Shown here: one piece after another, positions 54,001 through 62,841 of the stretch
How positions within the stretch are numbered: position 1 is the stretch's first letter
Layout: every line of letters begins with the position of its first letter
Notes under the pieces: model-generated
Seen by the model: only the letters and a program-made list of their open reading frames with translations
Told to the model about the DNA's origin: nothing
The model's database searches: none
Translations under genes and position numbers: made by a program
NCBI GenBank assembly: GCA_002104905.1
Contig: MCFE01000129.1
Span: 96,098-160,097, forward strand
DNA: 64,000 nucleotides
From: Basidiobolus meristosporus CBS 931.73
Lineage: Eukaryota > Fungi > Basidiobolomycota
Direction: 5' to 3'

Positions 54001-54600
54001 AGAGTCACACCAAATGCAGTGTCTAGGCAAAGCTCTTTGGCCCTCAGTAGCTACCTCAGCTGAGCCGTTAATCCTGAGGGCTAGCTTTTGTAGCTGTTCG
54101 GCAAGTTGGTCAATTCTGTTGGTAGTGTAGGTCTGATTGTCAGCAACAGCACTCTTTAGCTCCTTGGTTGGCTGGTCTGGCAGATTAGATGTCAGGAGTC
54201 TCATAAAGGTAGAAGTTTGCTTTGCCTCTATGAGTACACGTTTCAACTCTGCAAAGCAAGGAATGCCAGACTTGTCATCCTTGGCTGCATGTAGGTCAAC
54301 TTTCCTTGCCAATTCCTGGGGAAGCCCTTGTGCAAGGTAAAGTGTCATGGTAAACTCAGTTATCACCTAGGACTCTAGGAGTGGCTAGGCCATATCTTCA
54401 TATTGTTGAATGAACTCTTCAATTGGTAGCTTGGAGAGTCCCATCCTTCCAAAGTGTCTGAGGTCTTCAATTCCATAGTATATCTGGGGTCTGCCATACT
54501 TGGTCTGTATGTAGGTCTTCATTAAGGTCCAGTCAGTCAGAATGTCTCCTTGTCTGAGGAGCTTGGTAGTAATATCATCAGTGCAGTAGTAGGGGAAGTC
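48027..54600 (-). mobile_element. 5'-truncated Ty3/Gypsy element: 3' LTR 48027-49099, integrase, RNase H/RT, protease, gag; cut in gag
   Basis: LTR termini TGTGGTGG...CCACTACA form an inverted repeat; PPT GAGAGGGGGGTGGA at 49100-49113. Integrase (YHPQANGMVER; H..H..CDIC), RT (FVDD), RNase H (VDAS), protease (DSGSE), gag knuckle CIWCDSTQHARREC. Nonsense codons at 53839 and 54367. Confidence 0.93.
51876..52607. mobile_element. Foldback/MITE-type DNA element (732 bp; two inverted arms of about 346 bp and a 40-bp spacer) inserted in Gypsy pol
   Basis: GACTTGTTCCGTTGGATAGTGCCAC... mirrors ...GTGGCACTATCCAACGGAACAAGTC, flanked by TA on both sides. Removing it restores the pol frame (DKVFSYNN-DKEMGLL). 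Confidence 0.9.
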
Positions 54601-55166
54601 TTAGGGGGGGAGACAGTCACCAACAGGTGAAATCTTTATTTCAGTTGAAACAAAGAAGCCAGCGCTACTGTTGTAGCTTTGATACAAGAGTGTGTAGCTG
54701 AGGGGAATTTGTAGGTAAGTTAATAAGAAGTGATGATAGTTCTTCAGTGCTCAAGACACTGTTCAGTGGGAAGGGGGGTAGCAAGAGAGGTAAGAATGAC
54801 TTGTGAACAACATTAATGAGGGGAATGTGATAAGGGTTAGGGGAGGGAAAGTCACCAAGGTAGGTGAAATCTTAGGGTTAGGTTTAGGGGGGGAGACAGT
54901 CACCAACAGGTGAAATCTTTATTTCAGTTGAAACAAAGAAGCCAGCGCTACTGTTGTAGCTTTGATACAAGAGTGTGTAGCTGAGGGGAATTTGTAGGTA
55001 AGTTAATAAGAAGTGATGATAGTTCTTCAGTGCTCAAGACACTGTTCAGTGGGAAGGGGGGTAGCAAGAGAGGTAAGAATGACTTGTGAACAACATTAAT
55101 GAGGGGAATGTGATAAGGGTTAGGGGAGGGAAAGTCACCAAGGTAGGTGAAATCTTAGGGTTAGGT
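54601..55166 (-). repeat. Two identical 283-bp composite units (B 3' end + 35-bp 3' tip of a third variant + TTAGGGTTAGGT)
   Basis: Units start at 54601 and 54884; the long B copy starts one further period later, at 55167. Confidence 0.92.
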
Positions 55167-55230
55167 TTAGGGGGGGAGACAGTCACCAACAGGTGAAATC
55201 TTTATTTCAGTTGAAACAAAGAAGCCAGCG

Positions 55231-58000
55231 CTACTGTTGTAGCTTTGATACAAGAGTGTGTAGCTGAGGGGAATTTGTAGGTAAGTTAATAAGAAGTGAT
55301 GATAGTTCTTCAGTGCTCAAGACACTGTTCAGTGGGAAGGGGGGTAGCAAGAGAGGTAAGAATGACTTGTGAACAACATTAATGAGGGGAATGTGATAAG
55401 GATTGATATTCATCATAAAGGGAGTGTGCTGCTGCAGATATTGCTGCCAAAGGTCTGTCAAGTACTTCAGGTAGGCCAGCTTGGGTTTTTCTGACTGCTG
55501 AATATAGTGAGCAAACTTCTTGACTTCAGGATCACCAAGTATAGTTCTCCAGCAGGAGCCAGGTGTAGTGTGGTGTGTTCTCTTCCAGGTCTTAATCAGT
55601 GGGTTGTTGCAGATGTGAAGTCTGAGGTATAATCTGGTTCTAAGGTAGAGAAGTCTGATCTTATAGGGCATAAACCCAAAAGCACCAAGAATAGCATGTC
55701 TGTAGGGGCATTCAGGCAAATGAGGCACCAAGGAGGTAATGCACCATACTGCAAACTTGTCAAGCTTAGTGCAGTCTCTAAAAGTAAGAGAGAGAAGTGG
55801 TAAGCCAAATTCCAGGACAGGGAAGACAAACTGCTTGAGTAGAAGGAGGCAGCTGGGAGCTGAAGTTGTAGGAGGAGTAACAGCCAGTAGCTTGTGGAGT
55901 GCCTGTCTTGCTAGGATAATTCTCTTCTTCAGGTGTGCTCCAGAGTCTAGTCCAGTAGGAAGGAAAGGAAAGCCAGGATATGTAGCAGAAACCTGAGCAG
56001 GTAGAGTGGAGTTCTCCAAGTTGATGGGAGAGCCCAAAGGTACTGTCTTTGCAATGGAAAGCTGGAGATTATTCTTCTGCAGATACTGGTGGATGGTCTG
56101 GGAGTCTTCTTGCACACTGGAGGAGGATATTCTGATGTCATCAGCAAAGAGAGTAACCAGGCAGTCAGCTGAGAGTCTTGGGAAATCATTCAGGAAGATG
56201 GCAAACAGTATAGGACCAAGCACAGAGCCTTGAACCACTCCATTAGGAACTGAGAACACAGCTGATTGCTCACTTGGGTGCAGAATTCTTGCTTGTGGAT
56301 CCAGAAACAGAGACCTGACAAGGAGGGTGAGAGAGGTACTGGAGAAGCATTGCAACTTGGACCAAAGCAGATTTCTGTCAACTGAATCAAAGGCCTTAGT
56401 AATATCAAACAGAACAGAGGGATACTTGCACTGGAGAGAGTGATCTTGGCTAAGTATGACAGCATATTCCCAAGGAGAGGCCAGGAACAAAGCCAAACTG
56501 TGCAGGATGAAACTTGAGGGAGTCAGAGTAGAGCTCCTGAGCAAGCAGAAGCTCAAACACCTTTCTGCAGGTGGGCAGCAGAGATATTGGCCTGTAGGAG
56601 CTAGGATCCAGGTGCTTTCCTTTACCCTTGTACAGTGGCAGAACATTTGCAAAGGACCATTCCTCAGGAGTAGAAAGCTGGGCTGAGCATTGCTGAAACA
56701 GTGGAAGCAGAAGTGCAGACATGGCCTTGGTACTAGTCTTCAGAAGCTCATAGGAGATTGTGTCCACACCTGGAGCAGTATAGTTGGGAAGCCTCTTGAG
56801 CACATTATGGATTCTCCTTTGATCAAGTGCAAGTGGGTTGGGCAGAGTCTTGAAGTCAGAATGAAAGCCAGGAGTTGAGTACTGCTTTGTAGAGAAGAAG
56901 ATGTTAGCCAGTTGTTCTGTTGAAGGTAACTTCCTGGAAGAGGGCCTCATTGCCCTGTAGAGTCTTGATACTGTTCTTGTTATAGAGTTGGAAGATTGCA
57001 GAGGCAAAGAACTCATAATATGATCCCAGAGCTGAGTATGCAGAGTGTGGTGAATTGCCTTGGAGTGGTGTATTGCTGTCAGGAGGAGTTTCTCTGTTTT
57101 TGGGTTAGGGAAACTCAGGTAGCTTTGTTGCAGGGCTGAAACAATGGATTCCCATTTTCTTGAGGTAACAGCAGTAGTCTTGCATGGCAGTGAGAGGGAG
57201 GCAGACACCAGAATCAGATGCTTCACAAAGAGCCAGGCATAGTTGAGATCATCTGGCAGAGAAAGTAGCAAACTGGCAAGCTTCAAGTAGTTCCCAAAGT
57301 CTTTCTTCTGATTCTTGGTAGCTTTGTGGGTGAGCACAGTAAGTTTTGGCAGCTTCTTCTTCACAACTGGTTGCATAGAAAGGGACCAGGCTGGGTGGTC
57401 AGAGGCTCTCAAGGATCCTAGCTCAGCTCCAGAGAATTGCTTAACTTCATTCACAAAGTAGAGGGCAGCAGCAGAAGGGCAGATCCAGTCAACACATCTT
57501 TTCTCAGATTGAGCACCTAGTGCTAGCAGGTGGCTTTCTCTCAGGAAGTTCAGTAGGAATGTAGACCTTGGCTTCATTCTTGCAGTCAGAGTAGTCTTGT
57601 TCTCAGGATGGGGAATGTTGAGATCTCCAAGCAAGATAACAGGTGTTGATATAGATTGTTGGTATTGCTGAACTTTCTGGCATATAACTTGCACTTCCTG
57701 AAGGGCAAGACTTGGAGGCAGATAGCAGAGCACCAGACTGATAGTTGGCAACTGAAGAGCAGCACAGTAAGGGGAGTAAAGAGGAACACAGAGCTGAGGA
57801 GTATTGATGGTAGAAGAGATGAAGCAGATAGAGGAGGTATTCTTTGTTCTAGGAGTAGAAAAGCAATATAGATTAGTCAAAAGTATAGAGGGTAGCTGAA
57901 CATCAATCAAACACAGGAGGGAAAATCTTGAAAGAAGTCTCTCTAGAGTTGGTCTTGATGGCTGTATGCTGTTGCAGTTAAGCAACAGAACTTCAGGTAG
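55231..58000 (-). CDS. Family B ORF2: APE endonuclease + reverse transcriptase; one 1-bp frameshift at 56469-56471; no AUG at its start
   Basis: LLNCNS, YLPP, GDLN, VDW and SDH (APE); YRPISLL, QFGF, FDITKAFDSV, GVVQGSVLGP and FADD (RT). Deleting one C of CCC at 56469-56471 merges the two track ORFs. Confidence 0.88.
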
Positions 58001-58707
58001 TCAGGCAGAGGTTGTGGCTTCTTCAGAGGCAGCATTGATAATGTGACCTGCAGAGTCCCAGAGCTCTTCAAATGGTGCATCACTTAAGTCAGCAAGGAGG
58101 GAAATGGCATGATTCTTGAGGAAGTATGCCACATCATAGGAGGGGGCTTGTCTCTTGATGGCAGCAAAGAAAGACAGAATGGCAACATGGGCTGGTGACT
58201 TGTTGAACAGTAGAGAGTCAGAGGATTCAGATTCTTCAGGCACTATCTTGAAGTCAGTTTTCAGCCAGTTAAGGTTCTTCTCCACAAAGGCAACAAATGG
58301 GTCAGCAATGTTTTGGTCTAGGATAACCTCCAGAATCTTCCCTTTTCTCCAGGCCAGGTTGACAATTCTTGAGAGCTGAATATTGCATGCCTTGAGTGCT
58401 TTCCTGATGTTGGAAATGGGAGTCCAGGGAACTTGCTTCAAGTACACCACAGTCCAGGTAGAAGCTGGTGGTAGGTTTGCTGGGGGCTTGTAAGTCCTTC
58501 TGTGTTGCAATGGAGCTGCAGTAGTCAGATTGGATTCCACATTCTCAGTAGAAGGTTTTCTTGATGTGTCTTGCTGAATAGTACTGGAGCTGGATGTGCT
58601 GATAATTCTTGCTAGAACCTTGCCTGCATAAGTCTGAGGTATAGATGAGGTGACTGTAGAGGTGGTGGCAGCTGGTGCAGGTGGAGAGGCAGAGACTTGA
58701 GCAGGAA
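58001..58707 (-). CDS. Family B ORF1 (partial; nucleic-acid-binding, possibly RRM-like)
   Basis: Homologous to A ORF1 (YKPPANLP, VPWT.ISNIR, IVNLAWR.GKILE, YDVAYFLK, APFEELW). The track start at 58732 lies in the neighbouring element. Confidence 0.82.
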
Positions 58708-58710
58708 GGG

Positions 58711-59237
58711 TTAGGGGGAGGAAAGTCACCAAGTGGTGAAATCTTTATTTACTTATGACAAGTATTTAAAGAAGCCAAGTTAATCTGAAGTAATTCCTAG
58801 AAAGCTAGGTCTGAGAGATATCTTCCTGGTAAACCAGGTCTGAGAGTTGAGAAGCTGAGTGGTACTATATTTCCTAGTTAGCTAGGTCTGAGAGAGGTTT
58901 CCTGGAAAGCCAGGCCTGAGAAGTGAGAATCTGAGTATATCTGAGGTGAGTTGTACTGATTTGCGGTAGCTTGTTTGTGGCCAGAATGGCCAGTAGACTG
59001 GGGGAACTGAGGGGTATTTCTGGGCGATCACTGGCCAAATTTACTAGGCAAATTTGACCAATTAGCATTTCAAGGATTTCAGCCAATCAGAGCCTTTACT
59101 TTGCCCGATGGTTGATCAAGCCATCTCCCAATGAGCACACATCAATTTATTGATCAAATTTTGTTGGATCCAGGATTTGAACCCACAACCATGGGTATGG
59201 AAGGGTTAGGGATAACCACAAGGCTAAGTGTTCTTGG
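58711..59237 (-). mobile_element. Element D1: probable tRNA-headed SINE with a LINE-type 3' tail (527 bp)
   Basis: On the minus strand: A-box-like TAGCCTTGTGG (59226-59216), B-box GGTTCAAATCC (59183-59173), no TTTT run, no ORF, and a 3' end shared with families A and B. Confidence 0.72.
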
Positions 59238-59646
59238 TTAGGGGGGAGACAGTCACCAACAGGTGAAATCTTTATTTCAGTTGAAACAAAGAAGCCAGCG
59301 CTACTGTTGTAGCTTTGATACAAGAGTGTGTAGCTGAGGGGAATTTGTAGGTAAGTTAATAAGAAGTGATCATAGTTCTTCAGTGCTAAACACACTGTTC
59401 AGTGGGAAGGGGGGTAGCAAGAGAGGTAAGAATGACTTATGAACAACATTAATGAGGGGAATGTGATAAGGATTGATATTCATCATAAAGGGAGTGTGCT
59501 GCTGCAGATATTGCTGCCAAAGGTCTGTCAAGTACTTCAGGTAGGCCAGCTTGGGCTTTTCTGACTGCAGAATAAATTCAGCAAACTTCTTGACTTCAGG
59601 ATCTCCAAGTATAGTTCTCCAGCAGGAGCCAGGTGTTGTGTGGTGT
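59238..59646 (-). mobile_element. 5'-truncated family B copy (B2), followed by GGGTTAGGGTTAGGG
   Basis: Nearly identical to 55167-55577 with several substitutions; truncated in the HHTTPGSCW codons. Confidence 0.92.
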
Positions 59647-59661
59647 GGGTTAGGGTTAGGG

Positions 59662-59897
59662 TTAGGGGGGAGGAAAGTCACCAAGTGGTGAAATCTTTAT
59701 TTACTTATGACAAGTATCTAAAGAAGCCAAGTTAATCTGAAGTTATTCCTAGAAAGCTAGGTCTGAGAGATATCTTCCTGGTAAGCCAGGTCTGAGAGTT
59801 GAGAAGCTGAGTGGTACTATATTTCCTAGTTAGCTAGGTCTGAGAGAGGTTTCCTGGAAAGCCAGGCCTGAGAAGTGAGAATCTGAATATATCTGAG
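59662..59897 (-). mobile_element. 5'-truncated copy of element D (D2)
   Basis: Nearly identical to 58711-58945. Confidence 0.92.
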
Positions 59898-59991
59898 CTA
59901 AGTTAGGGGGAGGGAAAGTCACCAAGTTGGTGAAATCTTTATTTGGGTTAAGAACTAATCTAAGTACAAATAAAGAAGCCAATTAAGAGGT

Positions 59992-62841
59992 CTAGAACCT
60001 CTCTAATAAGTAATCTAATTTATGTTTTGTTTCATCTCTAATGTTTGTTTCAATAAAGTAAAGCTCATCAGGGGTAAATATAAAATTCAGGGGTTTTGGG
60101 GGAAGTACAAATTGTAGATGTTTCTGATCAATATAATCCAAGACTGGAACCCAGCCTGGGATTAGGTGTAGTAGGAAAGGTGTGTGGACTTGTAAGTAGC
60201 TCTGCCACATAGATCTTAGATGGTCCTGAGCCAGTAGTCTTGGTTTCTCAGCTTTTTGAAGTTTTGAAGCAAGCTCTGTTACTACAGCAGAGCCAACCAG
60301 GGTGTGCCAGCAAGAAGATTTCAGGGAGGAGTTAGATTGAAGCCATAGTTTGATGGAGGGGTTATGTGATTTCTGAAGTTTGACTAGGAAGGAAGCCCGG
60401 AGATAGATCATTCGGATTTGGTATGGGTAGAACCCAAAGGCTCCATTAGTTGCATGGATATAGGGAGATACTGGAAGATAAGGTACCAAGGATCTGATAC
60501 ACTGATGGAGAAATTTATCCAGGCGGTGAAGTTCTCTGGAGGTTAGGGGTATAATGTGGAGACCAAATTCAAGTACTGGCAGCACATAATGCTTCAGAAG
60601 TATAGGGATCTTTTGAATTGGAGTGTCTGGAGTGACTACTACCAGAAGCTTTTTGAGAGCCTGTTGGGCAAGACGGATCCTATTATTCAGGTGGAGCTTT
60701 GAGTCAATCCCATGTTGACAAAATGGCAGACCTAGATATATTGCAGTTTGTTGTGGCAGAATGCTAGTGTTCTGTATAGTTGTAGTGCATCCAATTGGGA
60801 CTGTCTTGGAAATTGAGAGTGAGAGGTTGTTGGCAGCCAAGTACTTCTCAATGATGGCAGTGTCTGCTATGGGATTAGGAGTAGCAATCTTGATATCATC
60901 CGCATAGAGAGTTAGTAGTGGATAGGGAGAGTCTGGTGAGGGGCCTTTTGGAAATAAAGGAAAGTCATGTAGGAATATCACAAATAGTAAGGGACCTAGT
61001 ACAGATCCTTGGACTACTCCATTTGGAACCTCATAAGTCTCTGATGTGCAACTTGGATGCAAAATTTTGGCTGAGTTCTCACAAAATAGAGAACGTACAA
61101 GAAGGGTCATTGGTAGTGTGGTAACTGCTAATAGCTTTCTCCAAAGCAGAGCTCTGTCCACAGAGTCAAAGGCTTTAGTAATGTCAAACAGAATGGTTGG
61201 CAATGAGAATTGAAGTGAATGATCATGGCTTAGCACTACAGCCATATCCAAGGAGAGTTTGGGCAAGAAGCCAAACTGAGAAGGATGGAATGGATATAGT
61301 TGAGATTGCAAGGATCTTGCTATCATAAGCTCAAAGATTTTCCGGCAGGTTGGTAGGAGTGAAACTGGCCGGTAAGAACCTGGGAGTGAGTGTTTCCCCT
61401 TCCCTTTGTATAAGGGTATTACATTTGCCTGTGACCAGGCCTTTGGGGTAGTCAATTGTTGGGCACAGATAGAGTAGAATGGGAGAAGTAAGTGACTCAT
61501 TTTGGAGTAGCACACCCGGAGTAGATCGTAGGTAATCAAGTCATGTCCAGGTGCAGTATTTGCAGGAAGCTTCTTTAAAATTTTCTCCAGAAGCTTTGCT
61601 GAAACCACAATTGGAGATGTTGGACTGGTGGATATGTTACCAGTATGGTAGAAAGGAGGAGTGGGATGCATGGTTGAATCAAAGAATATAGGGGCCAGTT
61701 TGTCTGGTGATGGTATACTCCTTGCTTGGGGTCTCATGGCTTTGTATACTCTTGATATGGACCTTGTGGTGGCATTCATATTTACTAAGGGCAAGGTATC
61801 CATGATATGAGCCCATAATCTAGTATGCTCAGTGATCTGTAGTGACTTGGAGTAGGAGATTGCGCTTTCCAGGAGGTTCTGTGTTTTTGGGTTAGGGAAA
61901 CATAGGTAGCTGGAATTTAAGGCAGAAATGATGGATTTCCATTTAAGTTGGTTTGCAGATGGCTTTTGGTAGGACTTGGTGGGCAGGGCCAGACAGCCAG
62001 TGATTATGATGAAATGCTGGTAAAATAGCCATAATGCATTTATATCATCACAAATCCATGCAGGTAAGCTGGGAAATGCATATTCTGTAAGCAAGGATAG
62101 GTAGTTGGCAAAGTCCTGTGTCTGTGATACTGAAGCTTTGGCTGGCAGGATTGTAAACGGCTGAAGAAGGGTGCCAATTGGTAGGGTTTTTCTGGCAGAA
62201 ATGATAATATGTATTGGCTTGTGATCAGATTTCTCTAGTGAACCACAGCTGATATCCTCTGGAATGCTTGTAACCTGGTGGATGTACTGTAAGGCAGCTG
62301 GAGTAGCTGTTACCCAGTCAACACAACGTTGAGCTTGCTGAGTGTTTACAGTGACCAGATGATTTTGTCGGAGGAACTTTTTAAAGTGCTCCTCTCGGGT
62401 TCTAAGTCTGGATGAAATAGTGGTGATATTTTCAGGGTGGGGGATATTTATATCTCCCACTACCATACAAGGGATTGATGAGCTGTTGATGAATTCTGAT
62501 GTGGCCAAGAAAATTGCCAGTGTTATGGAGTTAGACAGAGATGGAGGGAGATAGATAATAATGGCTACTATAGTTGGAAGTGTTAGAGCATAGCAGTAAT
62601 ACTCATAGATGATGGATACATTTGCTGAGGGTGCAAGCTTAGAAGATGAAAGAGCAACAAGTGCCATTGAGTGAGCTGGAAATTTTGGGTGAGCAGATGA
62701 ATATGCATTCAGTCTAGAGGGAAGTTTTGGCAACTTAACATCAATTAGTAGGAGCAAGGAATATTCCTTTTTCAGTAAGTTTTCTAATTCAGCTACAGTT
62801 GGAGTGATGGAGTTGCAATTGAGTAAGAGTATGTTCTGTAG
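59992..62841 (-). CDS. Family A ORF2: APE endonuclease + reverse transcriptase, intact, about 949 aa, no AUG at its start
   Basis: LLNCNS, YLPP, GDIN, VDW, SDH; YRPVSLL, QFGF, FDITKAFDSV, GVVQGSVLGP, YADD. The frame is open from the ORF1 TGA (62842-62844) to the TAG at 59992. Confidence 0.93.
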   Translation of the reverse strand, partial: LQNILLLNCNSITPTVAELENLLKKEYSLLLLIDVKLPKLPSRLNAYSSAHPKFPAHSMALVALSSSKLAPSANVSIIYEYYCYALTLPTIVAIIIYLPPSLSNSITLAIFLATSEFINSSSIPCMVVGDINIPHPENITTISSRLRTREEHFKKFLRQNHLVTVNTQQAQRCVDWVTATPAALQYIHQVTSIPEDISCGSLEKSDHKPIHIIISARKTLPIGTLLQPFTILPAKASVSQTQDFANYLSLLTEYAFPSLPAWICDDINALWLFYQHFIIITGCLALPTKSYQKPSANQLKWKSIISALNSSYLCFPNPKTQNLLESAISYSKSLQITEHTRLWAHIMDTLPLVNMNATTRSISRVYKAMRPQARSIPSPDKLAPIFFDSTMHPTPPFYHTGNISTSPTSPIVVSAKLLEKILKKLPANTAPGHDLITYDLLRVCYSKMSHLLLPFYSICAQQLTTPKAWSQANVIPLYKGKGKHSLPGSYRPVSLLPTCRKIFELMIARSLQSQLYPFHPSQFGFLPKLSLDMAVVLSHDHSLQFSLPTILFDITKAFDSVDRALLWRKLLAVTTLPMTLLVRSLFCENSAKILHPSCTSETYEVPNGVVQGSVLGPLLFVIFLHDFPLFPKGPSPDSPYPLLTLYADDIKIATPNPIADTAIIEKYLAANNLSLSISKTVPIGCTTTIQNTSILPQQTAIYLGLPFCQHGIDSKLHLNNRIRLAQQALKKLLVVVTPDTPIQKIPILLKHYVLPVLEFGLHIIPLTSRELHRLDKFLHQCIRSLVPYLPVSPYIHATNGAFGFYPYQIRMIYLRASFLVKLQKSHNPSIKLWLQSNSSLKSSCWHTLVGSAVVTELASKLQKAEKPRLLAQDHLRSMWQSYLQVHTPFLLHLIPGWVPVLDYIDQKHLQFVLPPKPLNFIFTPDELYFIETNIRDETKHKLDYLLERF

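Larger units (their letters stand above)
55167..58707 (-). mobile_element. Telomeric non-LTR retrotransposon, family B (5'-truncated within ORF1)
   Basis: Contains ORF1 and an APE-RT ORF2. The 3' end abuts TTAGGG-like sequence; the 5' end is joined to GGG-TTAGGGGG. Confidence 0.93.

Noticed and set aside
54601-55200. CRISPR-like array (recurring motif with intervening sequence)
   Set aside because: The intervening sequences are identical retroelement 3' ends, there are no cas genes, and the context is eukaryotic.
56469-56471. Programmed frameshift in family B ORF2
   Set aside because: Family A is continuous at this point. A single extra base in a CCC run is better explained by mutation or sequencing error.
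59165-59237. Functional tRNA gene
   Set aside because: The boxes are present, but the acceptor and anticodon stems do not pair. Treated as a SINE head.
59370-59684. 104-aa ORF (MVTFLPPNPNPNP...) as a gene; likewise the track starts at 47984 and 58732
   Set aside because: These are chimeric frames running from one element's 3' tip through telomere repeats into the next fragment.
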